A DNA stretch of 64,000 bases. Origin: a phage. The DNA lies in assembly GCA_028130375.1 (NCBI GenBank), contig GCA_028130375.1_3658.1; one strand, 5' to 3'. The position numbers and the translations under genes were made by a program. Position 1 is the first letter of the stretch, and each line of letters begins with the position of its first letter. Positions 36,770-45,909 of the stretch are shown here, in pieces. The notes beneath the pieces were generated by a model. It made no database searches. It was given only the letters and a program-made list of their open reading frames with translations, and was not told where the DNA came from.

Positions 36770-36781
36770 AACGGTTACCCA

Positions 36782-37036
36782 TCACAGCTCTACAATATCT
36801 GCATCTGACCCTACCCCAAAGGCATAGTAGGACTCTTCCCCGAAATAATATTCAGGTGCACCAGCGGTGATCAGGTCTGATCCCAAGATAAACACCACGT
36901 TGTGGCCTACATAACTGTGATGTTGCCGCACAGGATCATCCCACGGCAACCCTTCAAAGTATACCGCAGGAACGACCTTTCCATTCAGGAAGGATTGTCC
37001 CAAGTAGATGTTAGAATCAAGAATTTTAACCTTCAT
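36782..37036 (-). CDS. hypothetical protein, MKVK-type small paralogue family
   Basis: MKVKILDSNIYLGQ..DLITAGA.. Confidence 0.5.
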   Translation of the reverse strand: MKVKILDSNIYLGQSFLNGKVVPAVYFEGLPWDDPVRQHHSYVGHNVVFILGSDLITAGAPEYYFGEESYYAFGVGSDADIVEL

Positions 37037-37253
37037 GATCGTCCTCCACTACCTCTACATCCTCACCTAGGGCAAAGTTATAGGTCCACTGACTGTCAAA
37101 GCATTCCTGAGATGCACCAGCGGCAATAAGATCTGCTCCTTTTATTTTTAAAAGGTCAGGGTAATCTTCGTTAGGGACAGCAGTAAACACTTTTCCTACT
37201 AAAGGCTCCTGACCAATATAGAAGCTTGAATCTAAAACTTTAACTTTCATCAA
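37026..37253 (-). CDS. hypothetical protein, MKVK-type small paralogue family
   Basis: MMKVKVLDSSFYIGQ..DLIAAGA..EVVE.. Confidence 0.5.
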   Translation of the reverse strand: MMKVKVLDSSFYIGQEPLVGKVFTAVPNEDYPDLLKIKGADLIAAGASQECFDSQWTYNFALGEDVEVVEDDHEG

Positions 37254-37537
37254 CGGTCTCCATCAGGTGGTTGTGGGACGTAAACACTGTTACGAATATC
37301 GTCAGCAGTGTAGTAATAAGTGGTTCCAACCCTGTCTCGGGCTGCAATGTACTCTGCTATACCAATAAGTGCCATTGATTTGGTGGCGTATCTTCCCAAC
37401 TCGTTAGCTCCCCAGTAGAATTTAGACCAGTAGGGAATAAGACCGAACAAATATACCTTTTGACGAACTTCCCAGTAAGTGCCTTTTCCGACAAGTTTAA
37501 ACTCTACTTCACTACTGTTAATCTTTTTCATTATCAA
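37250..37537 (-). CDS. hypothetical protein
   Basis: 95 aa ORF. Confidence 0.5.
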   Translation of the reverse strand: MIMKKINSSEVEFKLVGKGTYWEVRQKVYLFGLIPYWSKFYWGANELGRYATKSMALIGIAEYIAARDRVGTTYYYTADDIRNSVYVPQPPDGDR

Positions 37538-37830
37538 TCTCCCTCTACCGTGGTCGGATTGTCAGTAAGAAATTGAGCATTGGCTGGAGGCACGCCTGAC
37601 ATTTTCCACACAACCATAAGTTTGTAACCAGGCACTCTATTAAGTGCAGATCGAGTAGAGTTTGTGCACGTATACTTTCGCTTTCCAAACCCGTTCTCCA
37701 TCATAATCCAGTACCCAGTATCTTTGTCACCAGGTATCGGTAGACCACCTTCATCAACCCACTGAATGGACCACGGCACGATGGCTACAGCTTTATATTT
37801 AAACTTTTTAAACCACTCAAAAAGTTTCAT
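37534..37830 (-). CDS. hypothetical protein
   Basis: 98 aa ORF. Confidence 0.5.
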   Translation of the reverse strand: MKLFEWFKKFKYKAVAIVPWSIQWVDEGGLPIPGDKDTGYWIMMENGFGKRKYTCTNSTRSALNRVPGYKLMVVWKMSGVPPANAQFLTDNPTTVEGD

Positions 37831-38015
37831 AATTCAGCCTCGCTTGGCAACTCTTCTACCTTAACATGCCGAAAAGTGTTACCGTAATGGTTGATCCATG
37901 ACATCAGCTCGCTTTCTTGCTCTTCCTCTGGGATGAACTCTCGAATGCTGACAAGTTTTAAGAAAACCCAATCACAATCTGCACCCATTCTACCAGACAG
38001 GCAATAGTGCTTCAT
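37827..38015 (-). CDS. hypothetical protein
   Basis: 62 aa ORF. Confidence 0.4.
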   Translation of the reverse strand: MKHYCLSGRMGADCDWVFLKLVSIREFIPEEEQESELMSWINHYGNTFRHVKVEELPSEAEL

Positions 38016-38033
38016 AAAACCCTCCTGCCTGGT

Positions 38034-38228
38034 TTAGAATATTGCTTCTTCCATTGCGCCTGAGAGCAACAAAGAGGTGATCTGGCTAACATTCATCTCA
38101 GACTCTACTTCCTCCCCTTTGAAAGGTTCGCGGCAGAATAGGACTGTTTCAGGACTTTTACTTCGAACAATATAATACAAATCATTCAATGTGTTGTAGT
38201 AATAAGTGTTAAAACGTAAGTTTTTCAT
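38034..38228 (-). CDS. hypothetical protein
   Basis: 64 aa ORF. Confidence 0.4.
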   Translation of the reverse strand: MKNLRFNTYYYNTLNDLYYIVRSKSPETVLFCREPFKGEEVESEMNVSQITSLLLSGAMEEAIF

Positions 38229-38512
38229 TTTCTAGTCCTCTTCTTAGATTTTTGGGGAGAAACGCTTTCTGCAATACGAGACAGACGTTCTTCTGAAGCC
38301 TTACCTACTCCAGGTTTTTTGAGTGGATTATCTTTATGACCACAATCCAACTGGATATTGGATACCTCTCCAACTTTGTAAGTCAATTCTAGCAAAAGGT
38401 TGTCGTCCTTGTCAAATGTTTTTACGATAAATTTTTTATCGTTCTCCTGAACTTCATATCTGGTACCTGCAGTATACAGCATGGTGCCATCAGCATAGGA
38501 TATCCAGATCAT
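38225..38512 (-). CDS. hypothetical protein
   Basis: 95 aa, basic C-terminus. Confidence 0.45.
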   Translation of the reverse strand: MIWISYADGTMLYTAGTRYEVQENDKKFIVKTFDKDDNLLLELTYKVGEVSNIQLDCGHKDNPLKKPGVGKASEERLSRIAESVSPQKSKKRTRK

Positions 38513-38856
38513 TGAGCCTCCTTTTGCTGCAACAGCATTAACTCTTTGTTAGAGATCTTTACTGCTGTTTTTATTGTTCCATCTTCACGAAACCACGACC
38601 AGAACTCTACAGTGTCACCACTATCAAGTAAAGCATGCCCATGGTAAAAATCTTTGTCCTTAGACAGTTTCTCATCTATATCTGCATCAACACATTCGTG
38701 ATCCATAGCATTTTGCCTGAACGCATCGGTTATGCCAATGCACGCCTTGCTCTCAAGACTGGTATATCCGATATCTTTTAATTCAGTTTCCCAAGTCCAG
38801 TACCCTATAAAAGCTAAAACAGCTACCCACAGTAATAACGTTTTAATCTTTGGCAT
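38509..38856 (-). CDS. putative secreted or membrane-anchored protein
   Basis: 115 aa; N-terminal ..MPKIKTLLLWVAVLAFIGYWTWE.. Confidence 0.5.
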   Translation of the reverse strand: MPKIKTLLLWVAVLAFIGYWTWETELKDIGYTSLESKACIGITDAFRQNAMDHECVDADIDEKLSKDKDFYHGHALLDSGDTVEFWSWFREDGTIKTAVKISNKELMLLQQKEAQ

Positions 38857-38918
38857 TCTCTCTACCTCTTTCTTAGTTTATTTCACTATGGCACATCCTT
38901 TGTGCCATATCTCAACTA

Positions 38919-39389
38919 CTACTTAAATAGTAGTTCAAAATAGTGCAAAATTAACAGAAGTTGAACTACACCTAGTGCAACGGCGAGTATGTTAATCTTA
39001 GAATCGAAAAACTTCTTAACTTTTACTCTAAAAGGTTCCTTAATGTCCTTTACGATCCTATCTATAGATGACCTCATATCTCTGATTACCATCCTGAACA
39101 TTAAAGACGGATGCTCCCCCATCTCTGTAACGGAATCGAAAACATACTCTCTTCGGTCATAAGGGCCGCCAGCTCTGCGTATTAACCTCTCCACAGAGAC
39201 CTCGAACGTCACACCTGTAACGTAATCATCTATAACAAGTCGTGACGGGTCTTTACCTTTACTATCAAGAGGTATCAAAGTTATCTTTCCAGATTTTGTT
39301 AAAATTTCCCCTTTTTCAAGCAAGGTGTACCAATGCTCTCTGCCAAGACTGTTGAGGCACGTTTTTACATATTTAACAAACATCGTCAC
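38919..39389 (-). CDS. hypothetical protein with C-terminal transmembrane segment
   Basis: 156 aa; ..ILAVALGVVQLLLILHYF.. at C-terminus. Confidence 0.5.
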   Translation of the reverse strand: MTMFVKYVKTCLNSLGREHWYTLLEKGEILTKSGKITLIPLDSKGKDPSRLVIDDYVTGVTFEVSVERLIRRAGGPYDRREYVFDSVTEMGEHPSLMFRMVIRDMRSSIDRIVKDIKEPFRVKVKKFFDSKINILAVALGVVQLLLILHYFELLFK

Positions 39390-39589
39390 CCCTCATCGCA
39401 CGTCTGATATAACCACTCTATAAAATCTTGATACCATTCGCCCTCTGAGCGCTCCGTAGGCCAATAATCTTCACCCTCTCGTGCATTAAAATCTGAGTAT
39501 TCAACTTTCCACTCCTTTACCAGCTCGTGGAGAAGGTTTTCAGCCTGCTCTAAAGATTTATTTTTTACCATTGCTGTCTCCTTTTTCAA
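39386..39589 (-). CDS. hypothetical protein
   Basis: 67 aa ORF. Confidence 0.45.
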   Translation of the reverse strand: MKKETAMVKNKSLEQAENLLHELVKEWKVEYSDFNAREGEDYWPTERSEGEWYQDFIEWLYQTCDEG

Positions 39590-39790
39590 GATAGTTATAC
39601 ATCAGAACTGCACCACCTAAGATGGCTACCAGTAACAATATCCCAGATAGCATCTCAATAAACATGGCTTGAAACACTGGAAGGTCTCCCTAAATTAACG
39701 CACCATTTTAAATACATGCTCTTTTCCCATAAAGGTGCCTGGCTAAGATCTGCGTAGAACGCAATCTCTTTAAGAACAGTATAGATAGTT

Positions 39791-40018
39791 TTAGGTGCGG
39801 TCTCCATCCCTACTCTCCTTCCTGATATTCTTGTAGTAATCAACTAGGCACATTATTACGATGAAGATAACAACAGGCCAAAAAGGTGCAGCAGTGATGA
39901 TGGTGATAAAATCATCAAACTTCACCCTTCGTCTGGACACGATGCATACACCTGTCAAGAATACCGCTGTTATAACGGACATTACCAGGTAACCTATTAG
40001 CACAACATTTATACTCAT
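39791..40018 (-). CDS. putative membrane protein
   Basis: 75 aa; two hydrophobic segments. Confidence 0.45.
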   Translation of the reverse strand: MSINVVLIGYLVMSVITAVFLTGVCIVSRRRVKFDDFITIITAAPFWPVVIFIVIMCLVDYYKNIRKESRDGDRT

Positions 40019-40048
40019 TGGTCCTCCCTTTGTAGGTTAAATTGTATA

Positions 40049-40582
40049 CTACAAATGGTCGCTGAGGGTGTCAAGAAAATTATCCCGTTCTTTCTCAGAG
40101 TTTTCATGTGTGTAGCTGAAAAACATATCGAGAATAACCTTATTGATATATTCCAGCTCCTCTGTGTTCAGATGCTTAGCAGGATCTACAATGACATCCC
40201 AAATATCATACAGACCACACTCATGATACCCATAACGCCACTCAATTGTCAAGCTGAGCGGCAAATCTTTACCTTCACAAACAACCTTCCATCTACATAT
40301 GTTGGTATCTGGTCGTACCTGTGCACGGTACACCTGCACAAAATCCAATTTGAATTTGAGGTACTCGTCATACAATTTAAGCACAAAGCTCTCGATTTGT
40401 GGAGACACTTTTGCAGCAAACTGTGCGTATTTGTACTTGCACTGGATGATCTTTCTGCGTTTTGCAGTTAAATTTTTTGCCGCCAGTTGTTCTTCAGTGT
40501 ATCTCCACCTACGATCAACAAACGCAACAGGGTCTTTGTCCCCATAGAGGTCTTCCCAGTTAATCAGAAGCATACCTGTCAC
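40049..40582 (-). CDS. hypothetical protein
   Basis: 177 aa ORF. Confidence 0.5.
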   Translation of the reverse strand: MTGMLLINWEDLYGDKDPVAFVDRRWRYTEEQLAAKNLTAKRRKIIQCKYKYAQFAAKVSPQIESFVLKLYDEYLKFKLDFVQVYRAQVRPDTNICRWKVVCEGKDLPLSLTIEWRYGYHECGLYDIWDVIVDPAKHLNTEELEYINKVILDMFFSYTHENSEKERDNFLDTLSDHL

Positions 40583-40812
40583 TCCTCCACAACTTCAAGG
40601 CCTTTACCGCCTCGCTCTGGCAGATTACTTAAAGATAGGTAATACATATAATCAGGAGAGATCCTGCCAGACTCTGCACCTGCAGCTAGTAAATCCTTAC
40701 CTTTAACCAGGACAACATTCTCGTTTGCAGATAGCCGTTTTGCTTCCACAATTTTACCAACACAGTCAACCAAGGAAGGGTACCCTAAATCTGTAAGAAA
40801 TTTAACTTTCAT
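40579..40812 (-). CDS. hypothetical protein, MKVK-type small paralogue family
   Basis: MKVKFLTDLGYPSLVDCVGKIVEA..DLLAAGA..LEVVEE. Confidence 0.5.
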   Translation of the reverse strand: MKVKFLTDLGYPSLVDCVGKIVEAKRLSANENVVLVKGKDLLAAGAESGRISPDYMYYLSLSNLPERGGKGLEVVEE

Positions 40813-40849
40813 GCTACCTCCTACCTACCGTCCCTGGTAAGATAAATTA

Positions 40850-41248
40850 TTACTGAACAGAGCGCGGTGCTGGGAAGGATAACTCTTCTAAAGAGAAGAT
40901 TTCATTTCCTACCACCCAAGTTGCTGGGTCATCTGGATCAACAGGTTGGATAATCATTACCTCATCCGCCTCGCACACACGTTTACCACCCATAGTAGCG
41001 TCAGCCACTAACATACGCGGCTCTTCAGAAATGCACAGGTAGCCACCTCGGCCCACTGTTCCTTCCACGGGATCCTGCCCTTTGACCACAATGAATACCT
41101 TCTCTCCTGTGGAGATATTACTTTTCACACTAACAGTTTGACCAACTTTAGATGTACCGATCTTGGTGGCTTCAAACATTAAATCCCGAATTACTGTTGC
41201 ATAGTTGCCGGACACTTTCTTACCTTCTTTAGTAATCTCAATCTTCAT
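40850..41248 (-). CDS. hypothetical protein
   Basis: 132 aa ORF. Confidence 0.5.
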   Translation of the reverse strand: MKIEITKEGKKVSGNYATVIRDLMFEATKIGTSKVGQTVSVKSNISTGEKVFIVVKGQDPVEGTVGRGGYLCISEEPRMLVADATMGGKRVCEADEVMIIQPVDPDDPATWVVGNEIFSLEELSFPAPRSVQ

Positions 41249-41484
41249 AATCTAGGCTCCTTAAATGAATCTATGTAATCAATTAAATCCCAAGCATCGC
41301 GATGGGCTGTCAGAGGGTATACTTCTCCGAGAGGGATCATAGCAATAAGTCTATCAAAAACCCAGTCTGGACGCAACATTTTATGGTGATATTCCCACTC
41401 ACCTTCCACAGATTTTTTCTGAGTGATCAGGATCTCTGTGTAGTGTTTCGCCTGTCTTGAGTAGATTGAAAATGACTTGTACAT
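41245..41484 (-). CDS. hypothetical protein
   Basis: 79 aa ORF. Confidence 0.45.
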   Translation of the reverse strand: MYKSFSIYSRQAKHYTEILITQKKSVEGEWEYHHKMLRPDWVFDRLIAMIPLGEVYPLTAHRDAWDLIDYIDSFKEPRL

Positions 41485-41520
41485 AAATTACCCCCTCTTG
41501 TTGAAAACAACAATACACAA

Positions 41521-41835
41521 CTACCAGGTTACTGTCAAGTAGGCAACCGTATTATTTTTCTCTGGGGAGATGCCAACAACATCTACCTGCAGACCTCCTG
41601 CCCTTAAATCTCCAACAATGTGCGGGAAGTAATCTGAGAGATGCGAGGGTAGATTTATCGAAAATCCGCACCCCAGAAAGCCTGCTAACGCTTTATTTTG
41701 TATCTCCCCTACAATCGCATCATAAATGGAGTTAAGCTCGTCAGGGAGCGTTACAGGGCGTTTTAGCGCTAGCTGGTGTAATTTGTCCTTAGCACTCATT
41801 TTCATTTCAGGTCTACCTCTGGGGGTGCCAACCAC
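41521..41835 (-). CDS. hypothetical protein
   Basis: 104 aa ORF. Confidence 0.45.
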   Translation of the reverse strand: MVGTPRGRPEMKMSAKDKLHQLALKRPVTLPDELNSIYDAIVGEIQNKALAGFLGCGFSINLPSHLSDYFPHIVGDLRAGGLQVDVVGISPEKNNTVAYLTVTW

Positions 41836-42335
41836 ATAAATGGCGGCAAGTCTAAACGGTTTTTCTTATCCCACACAAAATATGCATATGCTTGCCCGTC
41901 AGTTCTGCCGTTTGATTGAAATGATGGACGCTTAGATATTGTGATCACAGTAGTAGGTGCATTATCAAGCCACCATTCAAATCTGGCTTTGCTTTCCAGA
42001 AAATTAAGACGCAAAAGCATAATAACTACGTCAGCATCTTTCAACGCCTTGTCTACAAACTCACGAGCCAGGCTGTATGGTGGGTTGGTGATAATACAGT
42101 CAACATGGTTGTATTCTGTATTCAGATAGTCAACACCTTCTTGTATTTCTCCCCATGCAGATCCTAACGGCATACGGGAGTAGAACACACCTGAGGCACT
42201 ATTCCTGCAAGGCTCTAAGTAGGTCCAGTCTTCTGGGAACGGAATAAGGTCATACAGCCCTTCTGCACACCACTCCGGTGTCACATACTCATCGTAGGCG
42301 TTACGTTGTTCATCAGGTTTTCTAGCACAAGTCAT
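41802..42335 (-). CDS. small DNA N6-adenine methyltransferase (NPPY motif)
   Basis: 177 aa; ..YLEPCRNSASGVF.. (motif I-like) and ..DCIITNPPYSLA.. (motif IV). Confidence 0.65.
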   Translation of the reverse strand: MTCARKPDEQRNAYDEYVTPEWCAEGLYDLIPFPEDWTYLEPCRNSASGVFYSRMPLGSAWGEIQEGVDYLNTEYNHVDCIITNPPYSLAREFVDKALKDADVVIMLLRLNFLESKARFEWWLDNAPTTVITISKRPSFQSNGRTDGQAYAYFVWDKKNRLDLPPFMWLAPPEVDLK

Positions 42336-42350
42336 GCAAATCTCCAGATC

Positions 42351-42374
42351 ATAAAAGCCCTCCGAAGAGGGCTT
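42351..42374 (-). terminator. intrinsic terminator (minus strand; UUCG-type loop)
   Basis: AGCCCTC-CGAA-GAGGGCT on the plus strand with flanking ATAAA, giving a T-tract on the minus strand. Confidence 0.5.
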
Positions 42375-42386
42375 TAGAATTAATGT

Positions 42387-43436
42387 TTAAGCTTCTTCGA
42401 CAATTCCTGCACCCAGGATTTTTTCATTGAGCTCTTTTGCTGTTTTAATAATATTGTCCACCAGACGCTTGCGGGTCTTATCTTTCACCTTAACCTCTTC
42501 ACCGCCGTTCAGAGTAGTCTTCAGTTGAGACAGAATATCCTGAAGTTCAACGACAGAGAATCTCTGCAGATCTTCTGAAGTAATCTCACTCAGGGCAATT
42601 CTGACGGTCTCGCCACTTTCCATCTGCAGATTCAGGAACACAGTGTGAACATCACCTTTCGAACCACCCGCTTTTGCAGATTCAACAGCATGAACTAACT
42701 CATCTAAAGATGTGCACTGGTGAATCTCCGGAAGACCTGCTTCACCTAACACGCCTTCTTCATCACCTTTTGCCAGAAGCTTTTTCGGTTTTTGTCCGTT
42801 CTGGATGCGTTGTATGTTGCCTTCATCCAGAATAATAGCTCCAGTGCGTGCTGCCAGCTCTTCTCCGTCCAACCACACTTCGCCACCAGCTGTGATGGAT
42901 GCGATCTCATCTTCTGTCAGCACCCCACCGTAGTATTTTTCGATCAGGCGTTCAAAACGTTTTTTCCAGTAGCTGACCTGAGTATTCATGTTCACACCGT
43001 TACCATAAGTGCCACCTTGATAGTAGTGGAACATAAACTCTGTGTCCGGAGCCACAGTACGTTCTTTACAACCAAGCCATAAGATTGTTCCAGCAGAGCA
43101 GCACATCCCTTCAGCATGTGCAACAACGCTTGCCTGAGACTCTCGGAATGCCTGCAGATAAGCCATTGCAATGTGCACGCAACCCCCAGGGCTATTGATG
43201 ATCACCCGAATGCTTTCTTCCGGCTGAGCCATACGGATCGTCTGCAGACGAGACATATGATCTTGTAAGTCTTCCAAATCGTCGATATAAAGAACGTGGT
43301 CAACAACAGGTGTTGGGTAGCTGTATGTTTCCATGATACCGCCCGGCATACCAAACATTTTATTACTCATAGGTTCGAAACCGTTCTGTTTTTCTTTCAT
43401 GCCGTGTACCATGGTTCTGCGAGGTGTTAAATTCAT
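42387..43436 (-). CDS. ClpP/S49-family serine protease-like protein with long C-terminal helical extension
   Basis: 349 aa; ..VIINSPGGCVHIAMAY.. and ..GMCCSAGTIL.. resemble the ClpP INSPGG and active-site Ser motifs; C-terminal third is charged/helical. Confidence 0.55.
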   Translation of the reverse strand: MNLTPRRTMVHGMKEKQNGFEPMSNKMFGMPGGIMETYSYPTPVVDHVLYIDDLEDLQDHMSRLQTIRMAQPEESIRVIINSPGGCVHIAMAYLQAFRESQASVVAHAEGMCCSAGTILWLGCKERTVAPDTEFMFHYYQGGTYGNGVNMNTQVSYWKKRFERLIEKYYGGVLTEDEIASITAGGEVWLDGEELAARTGAIILDEGNIQRIQNGQKPKKLLAKGDEEGVLGEAGLPEIHQCTSLDELVHAVESAKAGGSKGDVHTVFLNLQMESGETVRIALSEITSEDLQRFSVVELQDILSQLKTTLNGGEEVKVKDKTRKRLVDNIIKTAKELNEKILGAGIVEEA

Positions 43437-43496
43437 GAGAAATCCTTAATATTGGAAGTTGAAAGCTATTTATTTAAACCTGATTCACATTTACCT

Positions 43497-43808
43497 TTAT
43501 TTAGCAATCACTATGGAATACTTACGATTGTCAGAAGCATCACAACTCAATGATTGCCAGTCTACCACATACCACGTATCATTGTCAACAATTACTTTAT
43601 CGCCTGTTCTGTAGCAAGTGCTGCTTTCAATAATTCGAGACTCGATAAAGAATCTGTGTCGGCGCTCACGTAGCAACGCTAAGTTAATTATATTACCACC
43701 GCTGTCCTTGGTCCACACATTCTTGGATCCCTTATTTGCCAAAATTGTCTCGCCGTTATAGACAAACAGGCAGTATATTTTATTCAGTTTCTCTTGTATT
43801 GTAGCCAT
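43497..43808 (-). CDS. hypothetical protein
   Basis: 103 aa ORF. Confidence 0.5.
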   Translation of the reverse strand: MATIQEKLNKIYCLFVYNGETILANKGSKNVWTKDSGGNIINLALLRERRHRFFIESRIIESSTCYRTGDKVIVDNDTWYVVDWQSLSCDASDNRKYSIVIAK

Positions 43809-43836
43809 ACTGTCCTTCTCTCTGTTTTGTCCGATA

Positions 43837-43865
43837 ATAATATCTAAAGCTTACCTATTTGTCAA
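43837..43865 (-). promoter_or_regulatory. sigma70-like promoter on minus strand (TTGACA-17-TATTAT)
   Basis: TGTCAA at 43860-43865 and ATAATA at 43837-43842 on the plus strand. Confidence 0.5.
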
Positions 43866-43909
43866 CAACTGTTTTAGATATTTAAGGGTGGAATAACCAC
43901 CCTTCTGTA

Positions 43910-44698
43910 TTACTCGGAAACAGGGGTCCAAATATGATTTGCACGATCCTCAATAAGATTGAGTGCGATCTGACGACCCAACCCAGAACGAACGACATCG
44001 TCTGGACTATCAAAGCTGATCATTCCAACCTCAGGATCTGGATGACGAGTAAAGAAATCCGTCACCCATGCAAGGCCAGATTTACCAGGGATGTCACGTT
44101 GGCTATTATCACCCATAATTACAAGGGTGGCTTGATCAGAGATCCTTGTGATAATTGACAACATTTCTTCAGGGTTAGTTTGCTGTGCCTCGTCAATCAG
44201 GACAAAGCATCGCTCATCGAAACTACGACCACGAATGCTTTCAACTTCACAAATCTCGATACGGCTGTTCTGACCGTCTCCCAGCATTGCGGCAAAAGCA
44301 CCTTTGCCAACACGACGACAAATCGTGTCCATCATGCTTCGAAGATAGGGCCACAGTTTCTGCATTGCATTTCCAGGTTTAAATCCTGAAGTCTTTCCTG
44401 TCTGAACGTAAGGACGTGCAACAATAATCTTATCAATCTCGTTCTTACGCAGAAGATCACCTGCATATGCAGATGCCATGAATGTCTTACCGGATCCAAA
44501 CACACCGTTTACAATAATAATCTTACGTGACCCTAGATAATCAAGATACTTTTGCTGCTTCTTATTCATTGGTCGGAGAGCTGGAGCGGTGTGCTCTCTT
44601 TCGTCAGCAAATTTCTCAGCAGCCTTACGCAGGCGATCAGATTTGCGAGCCTCTCTAGCTTCATCACGCATGCGTTTTGTTTCTTTAGCTCGACCCAT
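43910..44698 (-). CDS. phoH: PhoH-like ATPase
   Basis: 262 aa; Walker A ..VNGVFGSGKTFMA.., Walker B ..FVLIDEAQ.., ..LVIMGDNSQRD.. as in the PhoH family. Confidence 0.78.
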   Translation of the reverse strand: MGRAKETKRMRDEAREARKSDRLRKAAEKFADEREHTAPALRPMNKKQQKYLDYLGSRKIIIVNGVFGSGKTFMASAYAGDLLRKNEIDKIIVARPYVQTGKTSGFKPGNAMQKLWPYLRSMMDTICRRVGKGAFAAMLGDGQNSRIEICEVESIRGRSFDERCFVLIDEAQQTNPEEMLSIITRISDQATLVIMGDNSQRDIPGKSGLAWVTDFFTRHPDPEVGMISFDSPDDVVRSGLGRQIALNLIEDRANHIWTPVSE

Positions 44699-44736
44699 GT
44701 TGGGACTCCTTTCAGATTGAGATGTGCCAAGTACTT

Positions 44737-45087
44737 TTACTGCAACAGTTTTTCAATAGCCGCTTCCATGCTGCTTGCAACAGCCTGAACTCGGATATTC
44801 ATCTCTTCTTGGTGGATCAGCTCCTTAAGCTCTTTAATGGTAAATTCTTTAGAGAAACCTTCCACCATAATCTTGTGCAAGGCTTCTTGCGTGTCTACTT
44901 GCAAGAACTTTTCCAGTTTGTTGGCAGAGGCTTCTAAATCAGCCCGAATACGAGGGTCATCTGTGCGATTCAGCATTAGGCGTAAGCCATCAAGATTAGT
45001 AGAAATAGCATCTGCATGTTGAGTAACTAACCGTGGCAAAATGAGATCTACAAACTTATTAGCCAAATCGATACGTTCTTGTGTCAC
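44737..45087 (-). CDS. hypothetical protein
   Basis: 116 aa; GTG start overlaps upstream stop. Confidence 0.45.
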   Translation of the reverse strand: MTQERIDLANKFVDLILPRLVTQHADAISTNLDGLRLMLNRTDDPRIRADLEASANKLEKFLQVDTQEALHKIMVEGFSKEFTIKELKELIHQEEMNIRVQAVASSMEAAIEKLLQ

Positions 45088-45197
45088 TGTTGCACCCCCT
45101 CTTCATCTTCATGATGTTTCTTTTCACGCTTGTGTTTTTTCTTAAGCTCAAGCGCAATCTCTTTCTTGTACGCCTTCTTCAAGGCTTTTTTAGCCAT
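45084..45197 (-). CDS. small highly basic protein (37 aa)
   Basis: Not in the track; strong RBS AGAGGAGGTG; MAKKALKKAYKKEIALELKKKHKREKKHHEDEEGVQQ. Confidence 0.35.
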   Translation of the reverse strand: MAKKALKKAYKKEIALELKKKHKREKKHHEDEEGVQQ

Positions 45198-45227
45198 TTG
45201 GCACCTCCTCTGCTTTCATTACGGCAA

Positions 45228-45256
45228 TTATAACCAACTCAACAAAGCTTTGTCAA
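45228..45256 (-). promoter_or_regulatory. sigma70-like promoter on minus strand (TTGACA-17-TTATAA)
   Basis: TGTCAA at 45251-45256 on the plus strand. Confidence 0.45.
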
Positions 45257-45259
45257 CAA

Positions 45260-45733
45260 CTAGTCTACCTGAACCCAACCGCCTGATACTTTTTTAAACA
45301 TTCTTTGGTTATCACTGCCTCTGAACGGTTTCTTGGTTGGTAAATCTTTTACATACTTACCGTCAATGATGATATCAGCCAGTTTAAGAACATCACTAGA
45401 GATATGGTCAAATGTGAACCCAGTATATACAAGAATAGTTTTCTTGTCACCAAATTTTTCCTTAATTTTCTCCATCAGGCTAATAATATCTGGCTCATTA
45501 TAGTATGCTAAGGGTTCTCCACCCAGTAGAGAGATACCGCACACAGACGGGTTATCTAAATCTGACAAGATTTTTTGCAAGTCTTCTTCAGTGAACTTCC
45601 TCCCCTTATCTTTTGACCAAAATGCCTGATTAAAGCAACCAGGGCAAGCGTGTGGGCACCCAGATACCCACAAGGCAGTTCTAATACCTGGTCCTTCGGT
45701 GTAAGATATTTCTGTGTATCCAGCAATGTTCAT
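45260..45733 (-). CDS. nrdG: anaerobic ribonucleotide reductase activating protein (radical SAM)
   Basis: 157 aa; ..VSGCPHACPGCFN.. CxxxCxxC radical-SAM cluster motif; adjacent to nrdD. Confidence 0.85.
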   Translation of the reverse strand: MNIAGYTEISYTEGPGIRTALWVSGCPHACPGCFNQAFWSKDKGRKFTEEDLQKILSDLDNPSVCGISLLGGEPLAYYNEPDIISLMEKIKEKFGDKKTILVYTGFTFDHISSDVLKLADIIIDGKYVKDLPTKKPFRGSDNQRMFKKVSGGWVQVD

Positions 45734-45846
45734 AGATACTCCGCATCACATTTAGGGCAATGCCAAATAAAATCGTCTAGTGCCTTGCACCAACGAAGAT
45801 TACAACTACAGCCGCACTTGCAAATTTTATAAATACCTGATGACAT
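45730..45846 (-). CDS. small Cys-rich protein (38 aa, 8 Cys), coupled to nrdG
   Basis: Not in the track; RBS AGGAGGTG; MSSGIYKICKCGCSCNLRWCKALDDFIWHCPKCDAEYL; stop overlaps nrdG ATG. Confidence 0.4.
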   Translation of the reverse strand: MSSGIYKICKCGCSCNLRWCKALDDFIWHCPKCDAEYL

Positions 45847-45909
45847 ACTGCACCTCCTAGCTCACTGTGTGTCAATAATATGCCACATCCTTGTGGCTTT
45901 TGTCAAGAA

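Noticed and set aside
39655-39843. 62-aa minus-strand ORF
   Set aside because: It overlaps the better-supported membrane-protein ORF 39791-40018 and lacks a clear ribosome-binding site.
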